Assembly: GCA_963763775.1 (NCBI GenBank)
Contig: CAVXPZ010000004.1
Coordinates: forward strand, 160,001-224,000
DNA length: 64,000 nucleotides
Reading direction: 5' to 3'
From: an uncultured Chloroflexia bacterium
Lineage (GTDB): Bacteria > Chloroflexota > Limnocylindria > Limnocylindrales > CSP1-4
Numbering within the stretch: position 1 is the stretch's first letter; each line of letters starts with the position of its first letter. The translations under genes were made by a program, and so were the position numbers. Below, piece by piece: positions 10,907 to 21,535 of the stretch. The notes under the pieces were generated by a model. That model was not told the DNA's origin. It saw only the letters and a program-made list of their open reading frames with translations, and did not search any database.

Positions 10907-12151
10907 CTAGGCGCGCACGTCTGGGACGATCCGGAACAGCTCCACCGGCCCGAGCCCCTGCAGGTCGACCGGGCCGACCGGTTCCGCCCGCGCCGCGATG
11001 GCCGGGTCGGCCTCCAGCACAGCGCGCGTGAGGAAGAGCACGCCCGATGGCGCCGCGTCGGCGGCGCGGGACGCCAGGTTCACGGCCCGACCGAAGACGT
11101 CCCCCTCACGCTCGATGAACCGCCCGCTGTGGACGCCGGCATGGCCGAGAGGGAGCCCAGCGGCCGGCAGCGCCGCGAGCAGCTCGAGCGTCCCCTCGAC
11201 GGCCGTCCTCGCGTCTCCGAACCGCAGCAGGACCCCGTCGCCGAGGAGCTTGACCACGCGGCCGCCGTGGGGCGTCGTCGTCACGCGGGCCAACTCGCCG
11301 AGCCGGAGTGAGACGCCGGCGGCGACCTCGTCGCCCGCCTCCTCGGACAGCCGGGTGAAACCGGTGAGGTCCACGAAGGCGATCCCCGGGTCGACGGTCG
11401 GCCGCTCCGGCAGGAAGCCGAGGTCCTCGAGGGTCTTCTCGGTCGCCTCGGCCGAGTAGGCATCGACGGCGTGGCTCATGTGCTGGGCCGTCAGCCACGC
11501 GGCGAGGGCCGGGGCGGACCTGGCGATGCGGGCCCACGGTCGCACGACCTCGTACGCCTCGGCCGGCGGGAGACCGACGAAGGCGTCGCCGAGTTCGGCC
11601 GCGACCTCCCCGTAGACCCCGAGCGACGCATCGGCGGCCCGGCGCGTCGCCTCGGCGAAGAGCCGGACGGTGCGCATCGCCGCGTCCGGTCGGCCGATCG
11701 CCTCCAGCATGCCGAGCAGCTCGGTGAGAAAGGCCTCGTCGTCGACGCCGAGCCGCGATCCGGGCGCGGGCTCGGCGATCCCGAACGCGTCGTACAGCGG
11801 CTGGAGACGCGGCCCAAGGTCCCCGAGCGACGCCTGGAACGCCGCGTACGTCCGCGTCGACGGCGGCGATGCCGAGGCGTGGAGCTCGTCGTAGTAGTCG
11901 AAGCTGACACGACCTGCCCGACTGGCCGCCATGAGCGCGTCCATCGAGACCCCGACCTGCTCGAACGCCGCGACGAGTCGCAGCCGATGGATGTCGCCGA
12001 TCCGAAAGCGGTCGGGCGCGACGGGAGTGATGACGCCCCGGGCGACCAGGTCCGCGAGGCGCTCGGGTGTCGTCCCGGCACGAGCCGCGAGCTCCGCCCC
12101 GTCCAGGGTCGGGACGTGCGCGGCCGACGTGGCGTCGCTGCCATCCGTCAT
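10907..12151 (-). CDS. Class III adenylate/guanylate cyclase with N-terminal regulatory (HTH-like) region
   Basis: AFVDLTGFT, VKLLGDGV, DVFGRAVNLASR catalytic motifs; K and D specificity residues suggest ATP. Confidence 0.88.
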   Translation of the reverse strand: MTDGSDATSAAHVPTLDGAELAARAGTTPERLADLVARGVITPVAPDRFRIGDIHRLRLVAAFEQVGVSMDALMAASRAGRVSFDYYDELHASASPPSTRTYAAFQASLGDLGPRLQPLYDAFGIAEPAPGSRLGVDDEAFLTELLGMLEAIGRPDAAMRTVRLFAEATRRAADASLGVYGEVAAELGDAFVGLPPAEAYEVVRPWARIARSAPALAAWLTAQHMSHAVDAYSAEATEKTLEDLGFLPERPTVDPGIAFVDLTGFTRLSEEAGDEVAAGVSLRLGELARVTTTPHGGRVVKLLGDGVLLRFGDARTAVEGTLELLAALPAAGLPLGHAGVHSGRFIEREGDVFGRAVNLASRAADAAPSGVLFLTRAVLEADPAIAARAEPVGPVDLQGLGPVELFRIVPDVRA

Positions 12152-12257
12152 GGCGCGTATTGTCGGATGTCCGGCGGCCGGCCGTCGGACCGGGCGTTGC
12201 CTGAGAGGCTCGCACCGGCCGGCCATGCCCGGCAGATGCCGGGCCTAGACTGACGCG

Positions 12258-12983
12258 ATGCCGAACCGTGCCCCCGCCGAAGGCCGCGTCGTCCTGATCA
12301 CCGGGTCCACCGGCGGACTCGGACCCGCCGTCGCCGCATCCTTCGCCAGGGACGGCGCCCGGCTCGTGCTCGCGGGGAGGCACGCCGAGCGGCTCGATCG
12401 CCTCGCGGCCGAGCTTGGCCTCGCCCCGGATCGTGGCTTGCCGCTCACCGTGGACCTCCGCGACCGTGACCAGACGCGAGCCGCGATCGCGCGCGTCCAC
12501 GACGCGTTCGGCGGTGTCGACGTCCTGGTCCACCTCGTCGGCGGATGGTCGGGCGGGACCGCGGTCGTCGACCTCGAGCCCGGCGAGCTCACCGCGATGC
12601 TCGACCCACATCTTTGGATGACGCTCAACGTCACACAGGCCGTCCTGCCCGGGATGCTCGAGCGAGGCTGGGGCCGGATCGTCGCGGTGTCGTCGCCGTT
12701 CGCCGCCGACCCGGGGCCGCGCGGTGCGGCCTATGCGATCGCCAAGTCCGCCGAGGAGACGCTCATCCGCACGGTCTCGCGTGAGGTCGCGTCGAGCGGC
12801 GTGACCGCCAACGTCCTCGTCGTGAAGGCGATCGACACGGCGCACGCCCGCGAGACGGATCCATCGCCCAAGCACGCGTCGTGGACCACCCCGGAGGAGG
12901 CCGCGGCGGCGATCCGCTTCCTGTGCTCGGAGGATGCCGCCGCCATCAACGGGGCGCGCATCCGTCTCGACGGCAGGGCCTGA
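12258..12983 (+). CDS. SDR family oxidoreductase
   Basis: TGSTGGLG and YAIAK catalytic motifs. Confidence 0.88.
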   Translation: MPNRAPAEGRVVLITGSTGGLGPAVAASFARDGARLVLAGRHAERLDRLAAELGLAPDRGLPLTVDLRDRDQTRAAIARVHDAFGGVDVLVHLVGGWSGGTAVVDLEPGELTAMLDPHLWMTLNVTQAVLPGMLERGWGRIVAVSSPFAADPGPRGAAYAIAKSAEETLIRTVSREVASSGVTANVLVVKAIDTAHARETDPSPKHASWTTPEEAAAAIRFLCSEDAAAINGARIRLDGRA

Positions 12984-13135
12984 CGGTCACAAGGTCCCGA
13001 GCAGAACGGGCCGTTCGGACCGTCCGCGCGACCCGCCGTGTCGCTGTAATCACGTCCAGGCTCCGACGCGTGGTGCGTGGTGTGACGGTCTCGCCACCTG
13101 GGCGAGCCGAGACGACAAGAGGGATGGAGGAAGGG

Positions 13136-13883
13136 ATGATGTCCTCGCCGAAGCGGTGGGCGGTCCCACTCGGGATCGTGGCAGCGGTCTTGCTGCTGCT
13201 GCTCGTCAACCCGTGGGTGGAGGTCTCGGCCGACTTCCGTCCGTGGATCAGCTACCTGTTCTGGATCATCGCGATCGTCCTGCTGGTGGTCCTGTACATG
13301 ACCGCGCGGTCCGACCCGGGCAGCGACACGGTCGAGATCGAAGGCCCGGCGTTCGCCCGGTTCCTCTTCAACAACTCGCGAGCCGGCATCTTCTGGCTCC
13401 CGATCCGGCTGTTCCTGGGCTTCGAGTGGCTCGAGGCCGGGTGGCACAAGCTCACCGGGCGGCGGCTGGATCACCAATGGCGGCAGCGCCTCGCCGGCTA
13501 TTGGAAGAGTGTCGCCGCGGTGCCGGCACCGGTCGGCCACCGATCACGTACGAGTGGTACCGAGACTTCATCAACTTCCTGCTCGCAGGGCCACCATGAG
13601 ACAGTGGTTCGCCTGGGTCGATCACCTTCGGCGAGACTCGCGGTCGGGCTCGGCCTGATCTTCGGGGTCCTCACGGGCGTGGCCGCGCTTCTTCGGGGCC
13701 TTCATGAACATGTCGTTCCTGCTGGCCGGCTCCGCGTCGGTCAACCCGGTCATGTTCACCCTGGCCATCGGCCTGGTGCTCGCCTGGAAGGTCGCGGGGT
13801 ACTACGGCGTCGACCGCTGGCTCCTGCCGATGCTGGGCACGCCGTGGAAGCCGCTGCCGAGCCGGACCGGTTCGACGTCCTGA
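13136..13883 (+). CDS. DoxX/DoxD-like membrane protein; several frameshifts
   Basis: WLPIRLFLGFEWLEAGWHK, then in other frames YEWYRDFINFLL, GETAVGLGLIFG-like, FMNMSFLLAGSASVNP and WKVAGYYGVDRWLLP. Confidence 0.75.
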
Positions 13884-13965
13884 CCATCGCCCCCAGGTAT
13901 CAGAGCGGCGCCATCCGGGCCGGGATGGCGCCGCTCTTCGATTCCCGGCCCGTCGACGGACGGAC

Positions 13966-14284
13966 TCAATCGAGGTGGAACACCTCGTCGAGCCGGCGGT
14001 GGAAGCCCGTGGCCGGGTCGGTGAGCGGGTCGATCAGGCTCGATCCCATCTCGGCCTGCCAACGGGCGTTGACCTCGCTCTGCGTTCAGGTATCGCTGGA
14101 ACCGGCCCAGGTCCGCGACCTCGAGGTAGCCGAACAGCCGGTCGCCATCGAGGAAGATCGAGTAGTCGGCCGCGCCCGCGGCCTTGAGCTCAGCCAGCAT
14201 CTCCGGCCACACGGCCGCATGCCGTCGCCGGTACTCCTCCTCGGCTCCGGGGAGGAGGCGCATCGTGAACCCGACTCGTTCCAT
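13966..14284 (-). CDS. rhaM: L-rhamnose mutarotase; frameshift near 14085
   Basis: EEYRRRHAAVWPEM, DYSIFL, LFGYLE, and C-terminal EVFHLD in the shifted frame. Confidence 0.9.
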
Positions 14285-14303
14285 GGAGCCTCCGGATGCG
14301 TGA

Positions 14304-14336
14304 AGGGCCCCGGTCGCCGTCGGCGACCGGGGCCCT
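14304..14336. terminator. GC-rich hairpin between rhaS and rhaM (terminator or mRNA-stabilising element)
   Basis: Perfect inverted repeat AGGGCCCCGGTCGCCG-T-CGGCGACCGGGGCCCT. Confidence 0.6.
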
Positions 14337-14360
14337 GACCTACGCTCGGTGAGCGGTGAG

Positions 14361-15476
14361 CTAGAAGTTGAAGTCGTTGACGTTGGTCTTGTCGAACCGG
14401 AAGGCCGGGCCGAGGATGACCACGCCGTCCTTGCCGATCGTGTAGGGCTTGCCATCGTTGAGACCGGGCACGGTGAAGGTCTCGCCTTCCTTGCCGGTGA
14501 TCTCGCCGCTGACGAGCTTCTCCGCGACCTGCTCGGCCAGGGTGCCCAGATCCGGGACGCTCCACAGGCCGAAGACCGGCGACGTGCCGTCCGCGACGAA
14601 CGGCTTCATATCGTTCGGGAACCCGAGCCCGGTCACCTTGACCGAGTCCGACTTCTTGGCCTTCTGGACGACCTGCGCGGCCGCCAGGATGCCGACGGTG
14701 GTCGGGGCGACGATCGCCTTGAGGTTCGGGTACTTGGTGAGGAGCGCCTGCGCCTGCTGGGTGCTCTTGGTCGCGTCGTCATCGCCGTAGACGGTGTCGA
14801 CGAGCTTGAGGCCCTTGTACTTGGCATCGGTCGACAGGGTCGACTTCATGAGGTCGATCCAGGCGTTCTGGTTGGTGGCCGTCGCAGCCGCCGACAGGAT
14901 CGCGATGTCGCCGGTGCAGTTCGGGACGATCTCGCAGGCCCAGTCGGCGAGGTTCACACCGACGCCGCTGAAGTCGACCTGATTGACGAAGACGTCATAG
15001 GCGCCGACCGCCGGGCTCGAGTCGAACCCGACGACCTTGATCCCCTGCGCCATCGCGTCCTTGAGGGCCGGGGCGACCTCATCCTTGCCGTCGGCCGAGA
15101 TGATGATCGCGCTGACCTTCTGGGTGGTCAGGTCGGTGATGAAGGGGATCTGGAGATCCGGCTTCGCCTCGTTCGGCCCGACCTGGATGACCGTGGCGCC
15201 GGAAGCGGCCGCGGCCTTGTCGACGCCGGTCTTCGCAGCGGCGAAGTACTGGTTGACGATGTCCTTCGGCAGGTAGCCGATGGTGAGCGGGCCGGCCGCG
15301 GCTGACGCCGACGGGGCGGCGGCGGACGGCGCGGCGGCTGACGGCGCAGCCGCCGACGGGGCCGCTGCCGACGGGGCAGCAGCCGACGAGCTCGAGCCGG
15401 CGCTCGAGCACGCGGCGAACACGAGCACTGCGACGCTCGTGAGGGCGAACAACCGCCCGAATGATCTGGTCTTCAA
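14361..15476 (-). CDS. rhaS: Rhamnose ABC transporter substrate-binding lipoprotein
   Basis: TTG start after GAGGAGG, lipobox FAAC, PSAAA repeats, YLPKDIVNQYF, ATATNQNAWI, APTTVGI, VTGLGFP. Confidence 0.88.
   Translation of the reverse strand: MKTRSFGRLFALTSVAVLVFAACSSAGSSSSAAAPSAAAPSAAAPSAAAPSAAAPSASAAAGPLTIGYLPKDIVNQYFAAAKTGVDKAAAASGATVIQVGPNEAKPDLQIPFITDLTTQKVSAIIISADGKDEVAPALKDAMAQGIKVVGFDSSPAVGAYDVFVNQVDFSGVGVNLADWACEIVPNCTGDIAILSAAATATNQNAWIDLMKSTLSTDAKYKGLKLVDTVYGDDDATKSTQQAQALLTKYPNLKAIVAPTTVGILAAAQVVQKAKKSDSVKVTGLGFPNDMKPFVADGTSPVFGLWSVPDLGTLAEQVAEKLVSGEITGKEGETFTVPGLNDGKPYTIGKDGVVILGPAFRFDKTNVNDFNF
15301..15390 (-). repeat. 15-bp degenerate tandem repeat encoding (PSAAA)n linker
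   Basis: SAAAPSAAAPSAAAPSAAAPSAAAPSASAAA after the lipobox. Confidence 0.85.
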
Positions 15477-15495
15477 CGCTGGTACCTCCTCTGGT

Positions 15496-16549
15496 CTATC
15501 CACTCACTGCCTCACCACCCGGGACCGAGTCGACCGGTGGGGGTCTGCCCCCGCGGACCCGATCGGCGGCCGACTTGGCCTGGTGAGCAAAGGTGGGGAT
15601 GACGACCGAGAGGATCAGGAGCGACCCGAGGGCGATGCTCTGGACCTCGACCGTCACGCTGGCGAGCCGGAGGGCGTTCTGCATCACGGCCACGACGAGG
15701 ACCGCGAGGACGACGCCCGGGATCGTGCCCGACCCGCCGAAGATGTTGACCCCGCCGAGCAGCACGACGGTCACGACGGTCAGGGTCATGCCCTGGCCCG
15801 CGTCCGCCCGGGCGCTCGAGAGACGGGACGTGAGGATGACGCCGGCCAGCGCCGCGACGAGCCCGGACAGGACGAACAGCCCGGTCCGCAGTGCGCGTGA
15901 CCCGGACACCCGAGAACCGCGCGGCGCCGGTGTTCTTGCCGACCGCGTAGATCTGGCGGCCGACCCACGTCCGGTGCAGGACGAACCCGAGGATGACGGC
16001 CAGGGCCAGGAAGACGACGAAGGGCCAGGGGATGTCGGTACCCGGGACGTGGCCGAAGCCGAGTTCGGTGAAGGCCGGGGGGAAATCGCTGACGCCGGTC
16101 GGGCCGAGCACGATGAGCGCCATCCCGCGGAAGAGGGCCAGCGTGCCGAGCGTCACCACGAGGGACGGGAGGCCGCCCCGCGCCACCAGCACGCCGTTGA
16201 GCAGCCCGCCGAGGGCGCCCACCGCGAGGACCACCGGGATGCCGATCTCGAGCGGCACGCCGGCCGCCCAGAGGAACCCCAGGATCGCGCTCGCGAGGCC
16301 CGCCATCGACTCGATGGAGAGGTCGATCTCGCCCGCGATGATGATCAGGGTCACCGGCAGCGCCATGATCGCGACTTCCATGAGCGCGGCCGTGAGGTTG
16401 CCGAAGTTGCCGCTCGTCAGGAAGAACGGCGAGAGGGCGTTGCCGAGGACGATGAGCCCGAGGAGCGCGACGGCGAGGAGGACCTCCCAGCGGGCGAGCC
16501 GACGGACCCACGGCCGGGTCGTGGCGCCCGAGTCCACGGCCGCGCTCAT
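15496..16549 (-). CDS. rhaQ: Rhamnose ABC transporter permease; frameshift near 15895
   Basis: AGEIDLS, PSLVVTLGT, GRQIYAVG, VLLGGVNIFGGSG split across two ORFs. Confidence 0.85.
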
Positions 16550-17576
16550 CGAGCCCGCCTCGCGACCGTCGCCCGATGGACGCGCCGGACGATGAAGGCG
16601 TCAGCGCTCACGGCGACGAGGATCACCAGGCCGTAGATCGCCTGGAGCCAGAACTGCGAGAGACCCACGAGGATGAGCGCGTTGGCGATGAACCCGAGGA
16701 AGATGCGCGCCGATCGCGGCGCCGGCGACGGTGCCCGAGCCGCCGAAGATGTTCACGCCGCCGACCACGACGGCGGCCACGACCGCAAGGGTGACGCCGT
16801 TGGCCGACGTCCCGTTGATGGTCCCGAACTCCTGCACCCACATGACCCCGGCGACGCCGGCGAGCAGGCCGCAGATCGAGAACGCGGCGAACACGACGAG
16901 ACGTGACCGGATGCCGAGGATCCGGGCCGCCTCGGGGTTGCTGCCGACCGCATAGACCTGGCGCCCGAAGCGTGTGTAGCGCAGCACCACCGACCCGATG
17001 ACGACGACGATCAGCGCGACGACGACGAAGACCGGGATCCCGAGGATGCTGTCGCTCGCCGGATTCGTGAAGTCCGCGGGCAGGCCGGCCAGCGGCACCT
17101 GGTGGGGGCCGGCGATGAGATAGTCGATACCGCGGAAGATGCTGAGCGTGCCGAGGGTCGCGCACGATCGCGGGGACCTTGAAGATCGTGACGATGACGC
17201 CGTTCACCATGCCGAGCCCGAGCCCGAGCGCGATGCCGAAGACGATGGCCGCCTGAGGATCCAGCGCGTGCAGCTCGAGGGTCCTCGCGACCGCGTAGGC
17301 GACGAGGCCCATCATCGCTTCCACCGACAGGTCGACGTTGCGGGTGATGATCACGATCGCTTCGCCGACCGCCGCCACGGCGGTGATCGCCGCGAGGACG
17401 GCGACGTTCGTGAAGTTGTCGATCGACAGGAACTGCGGTGCGGCGAACGCGACGAGCGCCCCGAGCACGATCATGATCGCGACGAGGCTGAGCTCGCGCT
17501 GACGCGCGACGACCGAGAGCCACTGGCCCCTCGGTGCGGCCGGAGCGGCGATGGTGCTGAGGGCCGGGTCAGTCAT
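16546..17576 (-). CDS. rhaP: Rhamnose ABC transporter permease; frameshifts near 17160 and 16705
   Basis: TRNVDLS, GRQVYAVGSNPEAA, VVVGGVNIFGGSG across frames. Confidence 0.85.
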
Positions 17577-19162
17577 GGACCTGACCGGGGTCGGCGGGGT
17601 CGGCCGGCTCGGCCGACTCGGTACCGGTCGCCGCGAACATCACCCGTTCCTCGGTGGCGCGGTCATGCGGGATCTCGGCCGTGATCCGACCCTCGTGGAG
17701 GACCAGGATCCGGTCGGACATCGCGAGGACCTCGGGGAGGTCGCTGGAGATCAGGACGATCCCGAGCCCGGACGCCGCCAGCTCGGAGATGATCCGGTGC
17801 ACCTCGACCTTCGCCCCGATGTCGATCCCGCGCGTGGGCTCGTCGAGGATCAGCACGGTCGGCTTGGACGCGAGCCACTTGGCAAGCACGACCTTCTGCT
17901 GGTTCCCGCCCGACAGCGCGCCGACGAGCTGGTCGACCCCGGTCATCTTCACGGCGAACTGGTCCGTGTACTCCCGGGCCAGCCGCTCCTCGGTCGACGA
18001 CCGGATCACGAATCGCGGGAAGATCCGGGGGAGGATCGGCAGCGACACGTTCTGGGCGATCGAGAAGTCCAGGACGAGCCCCTCCTGGTGCCGGTCCTCG
18101 GGGAGATAGGCGATCCCGGCGTGCATGGCGGCGGACGGCGTGGCGAAATCGACGAGCGTGCCCGTGAGGCGGACCTCGCCGGCGTCGCGATGGTCGATCC
18201 CGAACAGGACGCGGGCGACCTCCGTCCGGCCGGCGCCGACGAGGCCCGCGAAGCCGACGATCTCACCGGCCCGGACATCGAAGGTGATGTCGTGGAACAC
18301 GCCGACCCGGGTCAGGCCGCGCACCTCGAGCAGGACGTCGCCGACCGGGGTCTCGACCTTCGGGAAGAGCGGACACGGTCCGGCCGACCATGTGCCGGAC
18401 CAGGTCGGCCGTCGTCAGCTCGCTGGTCGGCATCGTCACGACGTGGCGCCCGTCGCGGAAGACGGTCGCGCGGTCGCAGAGCTCGAACACCTCATCGAGT
18501 CGGTGGCTGACGAAAAGGACGGCCACCCCGCGATCCCGGAGGCGGCGCACGATCGTGAACAGCCGGGCCACCTCGTGCGCGGAGAGGGAGGCGGTCGGCT
18601 CGTCGAGGATGAGGACGCGCGCCTCGACCGACAGGGCCTTCGCGATCTCGATGAGCTGCTGGTCCGCCATCGAGAGGCCGCGGACCTGGGCCGTGACGTC
18701 GAACTGGACGTCGAGCTCCTGGAAGAGGGCATCCGCGCGGCGTCTGGCGGCGCCCCAGTCGACGGTCCCGAACCGACCGGACGGGGCGTGGCCCATGAAG
18801 ACGTTCTCGGCGACGCTCAGGTCCGGGAACAGGCGGGGCTCCTGGTGGACGACCGCGATGCCCAGCGACCGCGAGTGCGCCGGCCCGTGGATCTCGGTCT
18901 CGACGCCGTCGAGCCAGATCGTGCCGCTATCGGGTTGGTGGACCCCGGCCAGGATCTTGACCAGCGTGCTCTTCCCCGCCCCGTTCTCGCCGACGAGGGC
19001 ATGGACCTCGCCCGGTCGGAGCTCGAGCGAGACGTCGTCGAGGGCCTGGGTCGCGAGGAACCGTTTGGAGATCCCTCGCAGCTCCGCGCGAGGCGTGGCG
19101 TCGGACGGTCCCACTGCCACGGCCGTGGCGGCCGGCACGACGCTCCCGCCAGGCAGGGTCAT
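17569..19162 (-). CDS. rhaT: Sugar ABC transporter ATP-binding protein (two NBDs); frameshift near 18370
   Basis: GENGAGKST, ILDEPTASL, LSGGNQQKVV, DEPTRGIDIG. Confidence 0.88.
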
Positions 19163-20016
19163 CGATCGACCTCGACGCCCGTCCGCACCCGGCGGGGGTC
19201 GGCGAGCGGAGCCGCGGGGTCCACGAGCCGGACCTCGATCCCGGCGCTGACGAGCGCGTCGACCATCTCGGCCGGGGCCCCGATGTCGGTCACGACCGAG
19301 GTGATCTGGTCGGTGTGGCAGAACGTCGCGAACGCGACGCGCTCGAACTTCGTGTGGTCGACGATGGCGACCACCTCGCGCGCGGCCGCGACCATCGATC
19401 GCTTGATCTGGACTTCCTCGTCCGTCGCGTCGCTCAGCCCGGCCTCCAGGGTGAACCCGGCGGCGCCGAGGATCGCCTTCTGGACGTTGATCCGGCTGAA
19501 GAGCCCGTCGCCGAGCTGCCCGACCACGGACAGCGCCTCCCAGCGGACGCGTCCGCCGAGCATGAGGACGATGATCCCCGGCGACCCCGCGAGCTCGGAG
19601 GCGATGCGCAGCCCGTTCGTGATGACCGTCAGCTGGCTCCAGCCGCCTCGGGCCTTCAGGCGACGGGCGACCGCCAGGGCCGTGGTGCTGGCGTCCATGA
19701 CGATGGTCTCCCCGTCCTCGACCATCTCGACGGCCGCGGCGCCGATCGCCGTCTTCTCGTCCTGCTGCAGTCGCTCGCGGAGATCGAACGCCAGCTCGGG
19801 GGTGTTCCGGTCCGGGACGATGGCCCCACCGTGCGTGCGGACCACGCGGCCGTCGGCTTCCAGCGCGACGAGATCCTTGCGGATCGTGACCGCCGAGACC
19901 CCGAACCGATGCGACAGGTCGCTGACGCGGGCGCGGCCGTGCTCCTCGACGATCCGAGCGATCCGGTCCTGGCGCTCTCGGGCGAAGACGTCGCCGCGCT
20001 CACTGGCATCGGGCAC
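19159..20016 (-). CDS. DeoR/GlpR family transcriptional regulator (rhamnose regulator by context)
   Basis: ERQDRI, VSAVTIRKDL, RTHGGA, MDASTT, ITNGL, DHTKF. Confidence 0.9.
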   Translation of the reverse strand: MPDASERGDVFARERQDRIARIVEEHGRARVSDLSHRFGVSAVTIRKDLVALEADGRVVRTHGGAIVPDRNTPELAFDLRERLQQDEKTAIGAAAVEMVEDGETIVMDASTTALAVARRLKARGGWSQLTVITNGLRIASELAGSPGIIVLMLGGRVRWEALSVVGQLGDGLFSRINVQKAILGAAGFTLEAGLSDATDEEVQIKRSMVAAAREVVAIVDHTKFERVAFATFCHTDQITSVVTDIGAPAEMVDALVSAGIEVRLVDPAAPLADPRRVRTGVEVDR

Positions 20017-20056
20017 GTGCAGGGCCTCTCAACTTGCCGATCGGGGTGCCGGCTGC

Positions 20057-20134
20057 GTTTCGATTGGGGTGTCGGCGCACCATATGGCGAACGCGAACGT
20101 AATGTCAAGGAAACAAGTTGAAATCAATCGAAAC
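20057..20134. promoter_or_regulatory. Divergent rhamnose promoter/operator region
   Basis: Minus-strand TTGACA(20108-20103)-N18-TATGGT; 10-bp-phased GAAA(C/T) at 20110, 20120, 20130; inverted pair GTTTCGATTG (20057) / CAATCGAAAC (20125). Confidence 0.65.
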
Positions 20135-20368
20135 CTGTGTCAGGCTGTCGTGGGAGGCGTCGCGGCCATCCCGATACCGGGCTCCGACCAGTCGCCCGGA
20201 TCCCGATCCGTCCGACGGACATCCGGTCGTGTCAGCTCCTCCGATGCCACCGGCCACCGGTGGGCGGATCGGGATCCCACGGCGCCGGAACCCATACCAT
20301 CACCAGGACGCATCCATCGACGGGAACGAACATCGCGACCCAGCCCCAGCGGGGCGACGGAGGGAGAC

Positions 20369-21535
20369 GTGACGACGAAGTCGGCTATCGTCGCGGCCCT
20401 GGTGGGCCAGCGGATCGAACTGCCGTCGTGGGCATTCGGGAACTCCGGGACCCGGTTCAAGGTGTTCGCCCAGAAGGGCGTCCCGCGCGACCCGTACGAG
20501 AAGATCGCCGATGCGGCCCAGGTCAACCGCTACACCGGCGTCGCGCCGACCGTGGCGCTCCACATCCCGTGGGACAAGGTCGACGACTACGTGGCGCTGG
20601 CCGAGCACGCCAAGGGCTGCGGCGTCGCGCTGGGGACCATCAACTCGAACACGTTCCAGGACGACGACTACATGCTCGGCAGCGTCTGCCACCCGGACGC
20701 CCGGGTCCGCGCGAAGGCCGTCGCCCACCTCCTCGACTGCGTCGACATCATGGACGCCACCGGATCGCGGGACCTCAAGCTGTGGTTCGCGGACGGGACG
20801 AACTATCCGGGACAGGACGACATCCGGGCGCGACAGGACCGGCTGGCGGAGGCCCTCGCGACGGTCTACGCCCGCCTGGGACCGGACCAGCGGATGGTCC
20901 TCGAGTACAAGTTCTTCGAGCCGTCGTTCTACACGACGGACGTGCCCGATTGGGGGACCGCGTTCGCGCACTGCGTTGCGCTCGGGCCCAAGGCGCTCGT
21001 CGTCCTGGACACCGGCCACCACGCGCCGGGGACGAACATCGAGTTCATCGTGGCCCAGCTGCTCCGACTCGGGAAGCTCGGCGCGTTCGACTTCAACTCG
21101 CGGTTCTACGCCGACGACGACCTGATGGTCGGGGCCGCCGACCCGTTCCAGCTGTTCCGGATCATGACCGAGGTGGCGAACGCGGGCGCCCTCGCCCCCG
21201 AGGCCGGCGTCGCGTTCATGCTCGACCAGTGCCACAACATCGAGCCGAAGATCCCCGGGCAGATCCGGTCCGTGATGAACGTCCAGGAGGCCACGGCCAA
21301 GGCGCTGCTGGTCGACCGCGACGCGCTCGGGGCCGCCCAGCGGGCCGGTGACGTCCTCGGCGCGAACGCGGTCCTGATGGACGCCTACGACACCGACGTG
21401 CGGCCGCTGCTCGCGGAGGTCCGCACCTCGATGGGCCTCGACCCCGAGCCGATGCGGGCCTACGCGCGGTCCGGGTATGCCGAGCGCATCGTGGCCGACC
21501 GGGTCGGGGGCCAGGCGGCGGGGTGGGGCGCGTGA
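20369..21535 (+). CDS. rhaI: L-rhamnose isomerase (RhaI type)
   Basis: ELPSWAFGNSGTRF, ALHIPWD, DGTNYPGQ, EYKFFEP, DTGHH, FMLDQCHN; GTG start after GGAGGGAG. Confidence 0.93.
   Translation: MTTKSAIVAALVGQRIELPSWAFGNSGTRFKVFAQKGVPRDPYEKIADAAQVNRYTGVAPTVALHIPWDKVDDYVALAEHAKGCGVALGTINSNTFQDDDYMLGSVCHPDARVRAKAVAHLLDCVDIMDATGSRDLKLWFADGTNYPGQDDIRARQDRLAEALATVYARLGPDQRMVLEYKFFEPSFYTTDVPDWGTAFAHCVALGPKALVVLDTGHHAPGTNIEFIVAQLLRLGKLGAFDFNSRFYADDDLMVGAADPFQLFRIMTEVANAGALAPEAGVAFMLDQCHNIEPKIPGQIRSVMNVQEATAKALLVDRDALGAAQRAGDVLGANAVLMDAYDTDVRPLLAEVRTSMGLDPEPMRAYARSGYAERIVADRVGGQAAGWGA

Noticed and set aside
15301-15390. Short tandem repeats as a CRISPR array or REP-like element
   Set aside because: They are in-frame coding repeats without spacers, and no cas genes are present.
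15491-15504. CTGGTCTATCCACT resembling a DasR dre site upstream of rhaS
   Set aside because: It is one base short of the proper palindrome and overlaps the rhaQ stop and RBS region, so it is likely chance.
18125-21535. 1136-aa rhamnose isomerase and other very long ORFs (35833-38526, 37444-40803, 57389-60100, 53017-55374)
   Set aside because: These are stop-poor GC-rich extensions overlapping genuine genes; the real proteins start internally.
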